Below, one piece after another: positions 13,174-26,458 of a DNA stretch of 64,000 nucleotides. Origin of the DNA: Eledone cirrhosa. Its lineage: Eukaryota. The first letter of the stretch is position 1. Each line of letters begins with the position of its first letter. The DNA lies in contig OZ024740.1 in the NCBI GenBank assembly GCA_964016885.1, positions 269,142,001 through 269,206,000 of the forward strand, read 5' to 3'. Under the pieces are notes generated by a model. The model saw nothing but the letters and a program-made list of their open reading frames with translations, searched no databases and was not told where the DNA came from. A program made the position numbers and the translations under genes.

Positions 13174-13627
13174 GAGAAGAATGAATACTGCGTGGTTGCA
13201 CATGGATTACATATGATAAAAATAGTCCTTCATCAGTGATTTTCCAACCTTCATTAGTATTTCATCGCTTTAAAAATCATAGACCTCCAGTTGGTGCGAG
13301 CAATAGCTAAATAAGGCTATTGGGACAAGTAAATCGCGTAAAGCGAGCGAGACAAGTAAACAAACATAGAAGGATAGCAACGCAAAGATAGGGAAAAACA
13401 AGCACATGGGAGTCCGATCAGCATAAGCTGTGTGGATTTCATGAGCGAGAGACTGCAGACCGTCCGACGCGAGTGAAGTGTGAGCAAGAAAGGACCCCAC
13501 TTCAGGCCAAACGAGAGGAAGTGGGTCAGTAGAAGTGCGAGGAAGAGGCCAGTCGAGAGAAAGTGTAACTGACAGACGGGGCGAAAGAAGGTGAGAGAAA
13601 CAGAGAGAGGGGGAAGCAGTAAGAGAG

Positions 13628-13678
<51 letters not shown>

Positions 13679-14950
13679 AATAACATTGTCGGCTGTACAA
13701 AAAGGGCTTTATTTCTAGTATTAACAATTGTTTCATTGATCAGGTGAAATTTGCGAACTTGGTAGCTGCTTTGTGCCTACAGAAAATTGAATGTTCTATT
13801 TTGTTGTTAAGCAGCATTATATCATACTTTAAAATATGGAACAGCTCCATATTGCCAAGTCCGCAGTGGGACATTCCATTGTTGTAGGCCCTTGCTCCCG
13901 ATAATTTCGACCAGCTAATCCCATATTCCTGGTTTGTGTCCTTAAGCTTCCAGATTTTATTGGCCAGCGTTGTTGATTTCTCTAGTTACGGTTTTTCATA
14001 GAATGTCTGTGAACGTACCATATTTTTTTTAATTCCCCGCCGTAGAACGTATGTAGTGCCATGCTAAGTTGTCCGAATTGATAGGCACAAAGCAGCTACC
14101 AAGTTCGCTCATTTCAAACCAACATGATTCGATCCAGCAATCTCAGAATTCAAGCAGAACCACCCGGATTTTAATGTACTAACTACATACCACCCCACTG
14201 TTATTAGCTGTCAACCGACCAATTGGTCACTAAATCAACATCATAAATCTGCCAACCTTTCTGTCACTCTCTCTCCCTAAAGCAGTTTGCTTATATATCA
14301 AAGCTCTCTCTCTCAATTTTTATTCTCTATCTACCTATCTACTCCTTCCCCGTCCTTAGCCCTACACCTTATGTCTCATCCTCGTATCACCACCCCCACC
14401 CTCTGTCTCCTGTCCTGCATCTCTTCACCTCTCACTTCATTTTTAATTTATTATTTTTTATCTGTTATCTGTTATTAGTTACTATTTTTTTTATTTTCTA
14501 CTCTAACCTTCTGAGATTTGACCACTACGTATGTATGTATTTAATGTTTCTTTTCATGTTAGTATTATCTCTACGCACAACACGTACACATACACTTATT
14601 CAGCACTGTAACTTTAACCACTGCCACCACCACCACCACTATTATCAGCAATCGTATTCTGTACTTATTATTTTTTTACTTATTTTTTACATCTTTATCA
14701 TCTTCATTCTAACTTCTTTAACTTTTATTATTGATATTATTGTTTTGATTCTCCGTTGTATCTATAAATATCAATGCTATATGTAAAACCTCCATTATTC
14801 CGTTGATTTGATCAGAGGCAAACATTGTATTTAAGGTCGAGTGACGCAACTTCGAGTGATTAGCGGCCTTTAGACTCACCTGATCAATGAAACAATTGTT
14901 AGTACTAGAAATAAAACCATTTTTGTACAGCCGACCATGTTATTCTTCAA
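13679..14950. mobile_element. Rearranged PLE 3' fragment: inverted terminus, inverted GIY-YIG segment (13750-14070, minus), then 3' UTR (plus)
   Basis: 13750-14070 minus and 14083-14640 plus are homologous to the GIY-YIG region and UTR at 58800-59660; 13679-13747 is the reverse complement of 14876-14945. Confidence 0.8.
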
Positions 14951-15075
14951 TCTTTCACAATTATTATAACCTCTTGTTGAGACAAACAACGCCGTACGTT
15001 AGAAGTATCCACAATACAGAGGAGTACTCACAATCTCTAACTGGATTACCTATGACGATAACTTGTTATCTCATA

Positions 15076-15164
<89 letters not shown>

Positions 15165-15178
15165 TTATATATATATAC

Positions 15179-15268
<90 letters not shown>

Positions 15269-15668
15269 TTATATATATAGGAACGAGTAGGACCCCGACG
15301 GCTGAGCTCAAGCCGTCGAAACGGCTGAGCTCAAGGATATATATATATATAATGTCCCACTACCTAGTTTTCTATATATATATCTATCTCTATTTCCTCT
15401 CTCTATATATATATATCTCTCTCTGTTTCTTTACATGAAGTTCTTCTCTTTATCTATCTTTCCATCTCTCTATTTTGTTCCATGCATTTCTTCTTTTTCT
15501 TCTTTTTCTTCTTTTTCTTCTTTTTCTTCGTTTTCTGTCTTTCTTTCCTTTTTTCTCTCTTTCTTTCTCTCTGTGTACAATTGTTTCACTGCCAATTCAA
15601 CTTTTCAAATACAAGTCGATGTTGTACGGTATGTCAAATCTACTTATCTATAAAACTGTTTATATTGT

Positions 15669-15732
15669 ATTTTGTCTGAGGAAGGCATAGCATATTGTTA
15701 ATATGATATCCCTGAAATATATATAATGAAAT
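15669..15732 (+). ncRNA. Type I hammerhead ribozyme, TATATA-helix III family
   Basis: attttgt CTGAGGA agg...cct GAAA tatata TA atgaaat; same family at 25299, 36380 (decayed), 57362 and 57569. Confidence 0.72.
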
Positions 15733-15862
15733 AGATATGGTTTTATAAATGTAGTTTCCATTTATTTAATATCGTAAATATACTCCAAATACTTGTCGAG
15801 TGCTTTTATATCAGTTATAAATATTTACTAGTTGTAACCCAACAATTTAAATATAACTTTCC

Positions 15863-15946
<84 letters not shown>

Positions 15947-15964
15947 TTATATATATATATATAC

Positions 15965-16000
<36 letters not shown>

Positions 16001-16001
16001 T

Positions 16002-16108
<107 letters not shown>

Positions 16109-16274
16109 AATATAATAATTTATTTAACTGCTCTGTAAAACAATTGATGTTCATACATTGAGTTATTTCTGTTAATGGTAATAAGGTAATTAAGAAATGT
16201 CTGACCTTCCTGTTTATAGTTGTTTATACTATATACATAACTATAAATAGTATTATTATATATATATATATACA

Positions 16275-16327
<53 letters not shown>

Positions 16328-16340
16328 ATATACATATACA

Positions 16341-16415
<75 letters not shown>

Positions 16416-16452
16416 AATATTAATAAATGAGAAATACTTTCTCATAACCAAA

Positions 16453-16509
16453 GTATTATATATATTTCAAAGGTACAGTATTTTTTTAGTACGCTTTCAT
16501 CAGCTAAAA
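16453..16509 (-). ncRNA. Type I hammerhead ribozyme remnant in an inverted repeat pair (16411-16510 and ~17998-18107)
   Basis: Minus: ttttag CTGATGA aagcgtac...gtaccttt GAAA tatata TA atac; the partner at 17998-18056 has intact helix I (ttttat/ataaaa) but CTAATGA. Confidence 0.6.
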
Positions 16510-16580
16510 GACGCGAACTTAATTTAAAAGATAAATGACTAAAATATATTATATATTGATGTGGATATACGCATAATTAA

Positions 16581-17494
16581 TCTATATATATAAAACTGTG
16601 GTTGTCTGTCTGTCTATCGATTTTTGGCACACATTTCCTCTTAGAATCTCTCACGGAATTGCACCGAAATTGCTATACTTGTACATTGAGCCCTAGCGAA
16701 GACATCGGAAAAAGAAAATTTCAAATTGACCCACCCTATGTGACGAAATCGAATATAATGTATCGATTTTTGAGCGTAAGTTATCAGTTATTTCCCTTTG
16801 TTCTGTTTACATTGAGCGTCTTACATAAAAAATTACGCTGGCTTTAACAGTTGTCGAGCCAGCAAAATATTGACCTGCAAAATTCATCAGTTCGAACACT
16901 AAGCTTCCGTTTTGCTTCATTTCCATTTAAAAGCATTTTAAAACAATATTTTTACTTGAAAACAAGTCTATTTAAAGACTACGTAAAACAAGCAAATATT
17001 TCGTCGTTAGGCGTGCAGACAGACAGTCGTGCAGACAGACAGTCGTGCAGAGAGGTGATATACGCGTGCAGACAGACAGTCGTGCAGAGAGGTGATATAG
17101 GCGTGCAGACAGACAGTCGTGCAGAGAGGTGATATAGGCGTGCAGACAGACAGTCGTGCAGAGAGGTGATATAGGCGTGCAGACAGACATAACTGATAAT
17201 TTGGTTACCCTAATGTTTTTCTCTGCGTTGCAGTGTTTACATTTTCGATCTTTGTTAATAAATAACCAGTGCAGTTTTTATCCCCAGCATCCTCTTTTGT
17301 TATAACATTCGGGTTATCGTTATGTTTTCTTAACTTCATAAGGCATATTGTTGGTTGAGGGAATATTAATCAAAAACACCACATGCAAGTCTGCACAGTA
17401 GACACTACAGTTTTTAAGCCAAAAAAGAAACTTAACATTGTAACTTTAACACAGCTACTGAGCGACCCCGAGCAACGCCGGGCTTTACTGCTAG
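16581..17494 (+). mobile_element. Non-autonomous Helitron
   Basis: Starts A|TCTATATATATAAAA; ends with GC-rich hairpin cccg-agcaacgc-cggg ~8 nt before CTAG|T; internal minisatellite. Confidence 0.85.
17008..17189 (+). repeat. 37-bp minisatellite inside the Helitron (~4.5 units)
   Basis: aggcgtgcagacagacagtcgtgcagagaggtgatat repeated, starts at 17099, 17136 and 17173. Confidence 0.92.
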
Positions 17495-18714
17495 TACACA
17501 ATAAAGATAAAGTGTTTAAACGTACGTTAAAATGGTACATAGAGTATATAACAATATCTCCCCATATAATAAAACATTTTCATAACCTTTAAGCATATAA
17601 ATATTTAAGAATTCAAATATTTGATAGCCGTAGAAATTAATCTATGCTCAATAATAATCTGGATATATTATAAACCTATAAATTAATTAAAGCTTAATCA
17701 ATGTAAGTGCCATTCATTGATAACTCCTAACAATAATTTTCGAATTTCTGTCTAGTGTCTTTTCTTTATCCTCTTCTTTTCTTCTTTCTTTTTTTCTTTT
17801 CTCGCTCTTTCTTTTTTCTTTTTTCTATCACTCTTCTCTTTCTCTCCTCTATTTCTTTGTTTCTTTACGTCTTTTTCTCTAAGCTAACATATTCTTTGTG
17901 GTATATAAATGTTGAGTGTTGAGGAAGTAATTTACTGCCACTATAGGGATTGAAGGATCAAGACCATAGCGGTATGCCGAATAACCAATTTCTTGTGTTT
18001 TATCTAATGAAAGCGTACTCAAAAACTACTGTACCCTTGAAATATATATAATAAAATATATACTTTGGTTATGTGAAAGTATTTCTCATTTATTAATATT
18101 TTGAATATTAAGGATACTTACTTCAGATACATTTTTGAGGAGTGCTTCTAATCTGTTGTAAAAATGAATTCGTTGAAAAATCAACGAACAATATAAACTT
18201 TTGGTCATATTTATATATATATATATTTATATATTTATATTTATACTTATATTTATAAATATATTTATATATATATAGAGAGAGAGAAGCAAAAGTGAGA
18301 GAGAAAGCTTGTGTGTGTGTGGACCCGTACGGGTGTCGTTATGACATACAACGTGTCTCGGGCATTTTAAACCTGGCAGAGCCCATCCTCTTTCCAGGCC
18401 TGAATTCAGACACCTTCCAGGGAAAGGGAGAAAGAGTGATAATAAGGAATTGAGAAAGAGATACAAAGGAAGTGAAGGTACAGTTAATCGACCGCGAAAG
18501 AAAAAAGATGAAAGCCAAAGTTTACCCAGGTGTATTTTGATCTCATAGCGTAGAGAGCTGAAACAAATATTACAAAGTATTCTAGCATATATTCTACGAA
18601 GTTCATGAGTTCTAAATTTGAATTTTAGAGCCCTTTTGACAACTTGTATTGTTCGTGTGTGACTGACGAACAAAAATGCTGTACAGTTAATATAATATAG
18701 ATTTACTTATAATT

Positions 18715-18933
18715 AATGGTTTCTTATATAGGCACAAGGCTAGGAATTTTGGGGGAGGGGAAAGTCGATTAAATTGATTCCAGTGTGTGACTCGTACTTT
18801 ATTTTATCGAACCCGTAAGGATGAAAGGCAAAGTTAACTTCGGAGGGATTTGAACTCAGATCATAAAAGGTCGTAACTCTATGCTGTAAAGCATGGTGTC
18901 CGACCCTTTACCGATACTGCCAATCCAGCGCCC
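18715..18933 (-). mobile_element. tRNA-derived SINE
   Basis: Reverse complement of the 40541 family; B box gagttcaaatcc; central gcctttcatccttacgggttcgataaaataaagtac. Confidence 0.9.
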
Positions 18934-19326
18934 TAGATTTTCTTATACTTTATGAAACTTTTGTAGAGAGAATAAATAATTACCATCTAGTTCGTGATTG
19001 ATAATAGAGCCTCTTAATATTATAATTGATGTTTTCATAGATTTTGTTAAACGACATTTAACTTCTATGGATTCGAAAATAGATTCTCAATGGAAATTAA
19101 AGGTCTATACTCGTTCAAACATAAGTGCCGATTGTTACTAAGATCTGGTTTAACATTGACTTTTGTGTCATTTGTCTGGAGTGGTTTCATATTTTTTCCC
19201 TCGTTATACTGTTTTCTCTTTTCAGTTATGGCAGTATCATTTGTGAAATAAAATTCAGCTCACGTCTATTATATTTTGAACTGTTCTAGATTTCCTTGAT
19301 CGCTCGAAGGATGCTGGAGAGCACTA

Positions 19327-19397
19327 GAGAAGAAGAAGAAGAAGAAGAAGAAGAAGAAGAAGAAGAAGAAGAAGAAGAAGAAGAAGAAGAAGAAGAA
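19327..19397. repeat. (GAA)n microsatellite
   Basis: Direct reading. Confidence 0.97.
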
Positions 19398-20776
19398 ATA
19401 CAGCATCATGATGAAATACGTAAGGTCTCAATGCAAAACAACATTGTAAGGAAATCGATTTTGTGAGATAAGCACTTGATTAAAAGTGCGATTGCATGGC
19501 AGTGACACGAATTATGGTCAGATATGTGGCGTTATTAAGCGAGTGGACTTTTAGGACAAGGACATTGAATTGTATTATCCTTCTAAAATGCAATAATTTC
19601 TTATGAGGACAACATAGAAATTCAATGTTTTTTTTATAGATAACTGCCATATCGATGTAAGAAATTCAGCACAGAACAAACCTGTTCTTATTTTTATTCT
19701 TTTGATCGTATTATGTAAAATAAATCAGATACCACTTGATCTAAATCAAACAGCAAAAATATTGAATGATTAAAGACACAAATTGATGTCAAAATATTTG
19801 TTCCTCTGACATGTTATTCCAATTTACACATTTTGTTCTTGTGTGTTTAAGCCATTAAATGTACCATATCTCGGCTGGGTTGACATTAAGTTATTAAATC
19901 ATAGAAAATAAGCATTAGACGAAATCTCTCTAATCAGTGGTTAAAGAAAATCTTATATCCATTTAGAATCTAATAACTGGGAAGATTCCTCGTTATTTTG
20001 ATTTAGTTCAGTTTGAATATTTTTTCGTTTTAAGAAGTGTTAAGAGCATCTTTTAATTATTGTTTTAGGAGGTGCATAGTTAACCAAATTTTCTTGAGGT
20101 CACTGGCGCTTATTCAGTTCGGTGACAAGAAAAGCAGTAAATTGTGTTCGGTTGCATTTTCGACCAACACGAAATTTTATTGAAATATATTACTAACTTT
20201 GAAATATATTAAGAAAAAAAAAGCAAAACAAATACAACAATCAAGCATACTACAGAAGGATCACTGATAGTTTTCGGGGGGGGGGGGTCTCTTCTGTAGT
20301 CACATTCCTGCTTAATGAACACAACCACAAGGATATGGCCCGAACGTGGAAGAGCCGAACCCCCACTGTCATCACATCCGTCTCTCTCTCTCTCGCCCTC
20401 CACATCTCTCCCTATGGTGAGCAAATAGGATCCTGCGTGCCGGCCTTCCCACAGCCCCGGCGGACAGAATGGAGAAGGCGTTTCCCTGGAGGATGGTAAG
20501 GTAGTAAATTATCACGGGTGAACCAGGAATGTTGACAAAAGAAACACAATAGTCCATATAAGGTGAAGAGATTAGTAAAATAAAACAAGGTTCTGGCGAA
20601 TCGAAATCACGATGGGGTTTCAATTCTTCGTTGGTCTCATTTCGTTTTGCTTGTACATTTTACATGGAGTTGGGAATATATTAATGTCATATCTTACCAT
20701 TACTTTCTCATTACTTCTTTAAAATAAGAACCTTCTTCCTTCGTCAAAAGAAAGAAATATTCGTTAATCCAGCCGG

Positions 20777-20861
<85 letters not shown>

Positions 20862-20887
20862 ATGTATGTATGTTGATATATATATGT

Positions 20888-23800
20888 CTGCATACTGAGG
20901 TGTCGGTAAACAACCAACATATACTCAAACTTTATCTAGCTCCACCACGTGTTGAGCGCTTCAAACAGTTGCGGACTTATGTCACAATGGAAAAACTGGC
21001 AACCTATGTGTCACTGAAGGATATCCCCTTACCAGACAAACGAGAATACACCAGTGATATCATCAAGAGTACTGACTCCCTTGTCCGTAGGATGAGATGG
21101 AAGGCGTTCCACTTTGAAAGAGGAACGCCTAAAATTACCAACACCCAAAACATGGAGTACCTTTTTAGATCAAGGAGGAACCCTCCCCACAACAGGCTAA
21201 TGAAGGAGTTCGAAAACGAAATGATTACCATTATCTCCAACCTCAAATTCTCCGGCCACCCACCCAGGAGACGAGAGTACCTGAGACACCTGGGAAACGG
21301 GATTACCAAGCTGATAAAACCAACAACCTCTACAGCATGGACATGGAACTGTATAATAAGATAATTCTCAGGGAACTGAGGAAGTGCTACAAAAAACATC
21401 TGGAGTTACTCTGGATGAGACTAACCCCAATGCTTACAGGATAATATCCGGACTCGGCATAGATGATAGGACGGCCCCATACCAACCGAGGGAGCCGGGC
21501 ATTACCATTAAAGATCACAAGCCCAACTTTGAGTCCCACCTCCCGGTTAGACTAATAGCCCCCTCCAGGTCGGACCTGAGGATCGTCAGTAAAAGCATGC
21601 TCGATAGTATTTTGCCTACGCTTCGGAAAAAAACTAAATTACAGCAATGGTCATGCACAGGAGAGGTAATAGAATGGTTTAAGATATTACCTGAGAAAAG
21701 TAGGACCAGCTTTATCCAACTGGATATTGCTGGCTACTACTCCTCAATCTCGCCCATAGTACTTAATAAGGCTCTTATTTTAGCGATCTCCAATACGGAC
21801 CTAACCCGCGAGGAGGTAGACATCATCCACGCCGCCCGAAAGAACTTGATCCGTTTCGGTGGGGATCTTTGGACCAGGAGTGATTGGCCAAATGACTTTG
21901 ACATCAAGATGGGCTCCAGCGACTCTGCACAGGTAACGGACCTGGTTGGGCTCTTCCTGCTGAAGAAGATAAAAGAAGAAATCCCATGCCTAGGCGGCGG
22001 ATTATATCGTGACGATGCTCTCTTCACAGTCTATGACCACAGCACCACTATGGTGGAGAAAATGAAGAGGCGAATTAGGCATTTCTTTAGGAACCATGGG
22101 CTCAGTATTGAATTAGACCCCAATAGAAAGGAAATCAACTTCCTAGACACCACCCTAAACCTGAACACTGAGCAATACTATCCCTATCACAAGCCCAACG
22201 AGAAACTGGTATATGTTAACGCTAAGTCAAACCACCCTAGATCCATAATTAAGGCCGTAGTCAAGAGTGTCTCGGACAGGATCTCCAACCTGTCCGCCAA
22301 TAAGGAGATCTTCGATAGCAACTCAGAGTATTATAACGCAGCTCTAAATTAGGTGGCCCATGGCCAAACTATATCTTACAACCCGAGGCGCCATGATAGG
22401 GATAGCCCATCGGACTCCCCGACCCACGGTATCCGGGAGTGGGGAACCATAACAGTTGAGGCAGAGTGGAAGCCACTAAATACCATGAACCCGGTACCAC
22501 CACATTAGCAAAAAGGATGCGTACGCCTAGCCATGGGAGGAAACCCAGAACGCGGGGTGGTCTCAGGGGTGATACTAACCACCCCGGGCCCGACGCCCCC
22601 AGCCGCAAGACACGAAGCGGGACTGATGGAAGATAATCCCATTGTAGAACTCTCAGCGTGGGCACACACCACCACACAGGTGCGTGCCGCGAAACTAGCA
22701 AAAGACAGAGTGCCCAAAGGAGAAACAACAATGCGAGAACCAGTAGCAACCCAACAACTCCCCAACAGCCTACAGCACGCTCAACCAAACCCACATAGGA
22801 ATAGACTAAGAAAAATTACGTGGTACAACCCACCCTACTCAGCGGGCCTGAAGACCAGCCTGGCCCGGTCATTCTTTAGGGCACTAGATAAATGCTTCTC
22901 GAGGAACTACAGATAACACAAGATCTTCAACAGGCACACTGTGAAGCTCTTGTACACTACCACACGCAACGTAGCCCAGCACCTAGCTAGCATCAATAGG
23001 GGTAGACTTAGAAACTACACACAACCAGCAGCTGGCAATATAAGCACCCAGCAGAGCCATGTGGAAGGAAAGAATGGTTGACCCTGTACCCACCCTGGGA
23101 ACCCAAACAGACCCAGGGAACCCCCATCGAGTCCAGAGGAAGACCACCATATACCACGCAACGAGAACCCCACATTAGGCACTCGGGGGTCGACCACCTC
23201 CTGCAACTGCAGAACCCCCACATTATACCCCCTTATTAATGAATGTCTCATGAAGAACTTAGTATACGGATGTAGAGTAAAAACCCCCAACTCTGAGCAC
23301 CTTTACATAGGAGCCAGATCAAGGAGATTCAAAGGCATATGTTATAACCATCACCATTCCTTTAATAGGGAGGGCAAAAGGAAATGTATGGCTCTTGCCG
23401 AACTGATCTGGAAATTCAAGCTGGGCAAGACCCCGTACTCACTGGCCTGGTCCCAAATCAGGAAGGTGCCACCTGATAGAGGGAGATTTGGTATCTGCAA
23501 CCTATGTCTGAGCAAGACCCTCGAGATATTCAGTGGTGGGAGCAGCCTAATCAACCCCAGGACTGACTTCTTTGGTACATGTAGACACCTCAGGACCGGA
23601 ACCTTCCTCAAGCTACATGGATAGCAACACATTGGGATGGGAACTTCCCTCAAGCTATAGGGACAGTAGCCCCACCACACCGCGCCCAAGGTAAACTACC
23701 CCCTACACACTCCCCACCTCTACTCCCGCCTCGATCGACTCCTATAGCAACAAACCTACCTAGCAGCTAAAACATTGCCTCACACCGCTGTGGTCAACCC

Positions 23801-24070
23801 CTCCCTCTCACTTCCTTAACCAGATGATACTAGATGATATAAATAGACGTAGTACGTCGGTGGAGTCCTATCCTCTGTGCAGACATGCACCCCAAGTTTC
23901 CGACCAACGGGCCCCAACGCCCAACTCGGCTTGTGACCCGCATACCCACAGGATATCCTGCCTCCAACCCGACCCCCTTCGCACGCATGAGTCAGGGATA
24001 AATACCACAAGTAAAAAGGACGCGCCGATTACTACCACTTACCCCTCTCCCCACCTCCAGAGGGGACTTT
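20888..24070 (+). mobile_element. Near full-length Penelope-like retroelement, frameshifted (N-terminal domain, RT, linker, GIY-YIG)
   Basis: SLKDIPLP/VRRMRWKAFHF N-terminus; RT motifs ITIKDHKPNF, PVRLIAP, FIQLDIAGYYSSI, MGSSDSAQVTDLVGLFLL, GLYRDDAL, INFLDTTLNL; ITWYNPPYS; GIY-YIG NLVYGC...LYIG...CNLC...CRH at 23250-23624; in-frame stops and frameshifts; 3' boundary approximate. Confidence 0.93.
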
Positions 24071-24997
24071 GACCATGTGTCCGTGTCGGTGTATCCAAAT
24101 GTGGGCGTATACGGAGCTATTGTATGCGTGCATGTATGCGTGTGTGTGACTGTGTAGACGCAATATGGGAATGCATCTGAGCCTGTGTTTGTGCGTGTGT
24201 GCTTGCAACGGTGTGCGTTGAAAAAACATACACGCATATGTACTTTAAGCTGAAATAAGAATTGTTGTCCTTTGCAATTCTGGATTTTGACAGACCGGTT
24301 TTTTGGTATGTTACATTCCACTTTTACCTCATTTGTTTTTAAAACGCACCCATCTTTTGTTAGACTTTGTGGACGTAAATAGATGAATGCACCGAGTCTG
24401 TGTTTATACGTATGCACGCGCAACGGTGCGAGCTGACAGACAGTCACACGTACGTACTCTATGATAAAATAAGAATTGTAATTCTTTACACTTCTCGATT
24501 CTGACACAGGTTTTCTATTTCAGTTTATATTTTTCAAAATGTTTTATATTGGTTGTAACACACACGCATTCTTTATTTGTTTGGCACCCCCACCACGTGA
24601 AATGGTGACAGGATAGATGCCAGCCTATACACATAGATTCTTCAGACCATAGCAGCAGCATACTAAAGTTGACCTGCTAGATGACCACTTAACACCACTA
24701 CTACTACCAACACAATGGAGGAGATTAGCTGTACTTAAACATTCTGACAAAAACAACTATAACAGGCTGACTTACCTTAGAAGAATTTCTATAGACTTTT
24801 GACTGAGGAATGGTCTCACAGCTGACCAATGGTATACGAGCGTACCCTATGACGCCGAAATTCGTTTGTTCTAGCCCATATGATTCCACTTCCTCGGAGG
24901 AATAATAATACACCCAGGAGCTGGACATATTGATGTATTGACAGAGTGGAACACACTTCAACAACATGTGTACCTGTTTTGTCCACACTAACTCGGA

Positions 24998-25050
24998 CTG
25001 CCTGAAGAGGTCACAGCCAATAATAGCTGTCACCGAAATATATATAGCAG
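24998..25050 (+). ncRNA. Type I hammerhead ribozyme
   Basis: ctgc CTGAAGA ggtcacagc-caataata-gctgtcacc GAAA tatata TA gcag; within a repeat (~24825-25100) also present inverted at ~30370-30652. Confidence 0.85.
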
Positions 25051-25095
25051 AGAATTTATAATAAACGAAGCCAAATTTTACATGTTTGACTTACT

Positions 25096-25214
<119 letters not shown>

Positions 25215-25298
25215 CAGACTATCCAGACAGCCTCCAAAAGTAATGGTTGCATTTTAAAAGGGTACGTCAAAGCTATTTGTAAAACTGTTATATATTGT

Positions 25299-25361
25299 AT
25301 CTTGTCTGATGAAGGCATACCATAATTTAATGTGGTATCCCTGAAATATGTATAATGAAAT
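25299..25361 (+). ncRNA. Type I hammerhead ribozyme, TATATA-helix III family
   Basis: atcttgt CTGATGA aggcataccata-atttaa-tgtggtatccct GAAA tatgta TA atgaaat; ~190-bp island between two (TA)n tracts. Confidence 0.75.
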
Positions 25362-25573
25362 AAATATGGTTTTATAAATATAGTTTCCATTTATTAATAT
25401 CGTATATATATATATATATATATAATATAAAACGAAAAATGAGTGATGCATGTGGATTCAATTTATTGTGTATTACAATTGTTTCGCCGGCGGACAACTC
25501 GAGACGCAATCATTGTGTAGATCTGTCTGATTCTGGACCCGCGTCTAATGATTACGGAGCATATTCTTCCACT

Positions 25574-25613
<40 letters not shown>

Positions 25614-25894
25614 ACAAACTTAACTCGAATAACGACGCGAGTGTATTTGAATTCGTAGGAAAATTGGAAAACTCAGCGTAAGGAAACTGTGGAAACAGAA
25701 AAATGCCGTCGAAGCGGCGTTGGGTAAAACATTACCTCGAAGGATAGAAATCAGTGACTAGAAAGGAATTGGCTGCAAGAATTGTATAGAATGGAGGAGA
25801 GGAAATCACAAGCATTTAAATACACTCATCAGCTTTCTGACCGCCGGTAGTTTTAACAATTTAACTGAAACGACTACGAAGGATAGACAGCTCG

Positions 25895-25976
<82 letters not shown>

Positions 25977-26036
25977 TTCGTTTTTGTATTTGTTTTGCAA
26001 GGCTTCTTATATGAAAATAGGTGATGAAACAGATAT

Positions 26037-26458
26037 TGTTATACTTTGTGAGGGTCATGCTACTAATAAAAACACACACCTGATGGTTTTCACTTCAATT
26101 TATAACAAACTTCCAATTGGGTAGTTTAATAATCGGATGATTATTTATTTGTTTACTCACTTTATCTGTTTGTTGACTCACTCATCACACATTCTGTGAC
26201 ATCAGTAAATAAACTTATTATTTTGTATCTCTTCTCTGTTCCGTCATACACCGTTTTTTGATGTATGACTGAAGGAGAGACACAAAATAACAAATTAATC
26301 ACTGGAGAGATCACAGAATGTGTGACGAAAAAAGCTTTGACAATAAACAAATAAACAAACCTCTAGTCATTAAACTAACCAACAGGAAGTTTATAATAAA
26401 TTAAATTGAAAACAAAACAGGCGCATGTGTTTTTATTAAAAGCATGACCCTCCCAAAG
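26037..26458. mobile_element. MITE related to the 11263-12930 TIR family
   Basis: TGTTATACTTTGTGAGGGTCATGCT... versus ...AGCATGACCCTCCCAAAG; right tip eroded. Confidence 0.65.

Noticed and set aside
17008-17189. 37-bp repeats of CRISPR-like length
   Set aside because: Head-to-tail with no unique spacers, inside a Helitron in eukaryotic DNA; no cas genes
25608-25897. Island between TA tracts with CTGATGA on the minus strand; possible HHR or solo LTR
   Set aside because: No GAAA or helices follow the heptamer; LTR termini and TSD are not demonstrable
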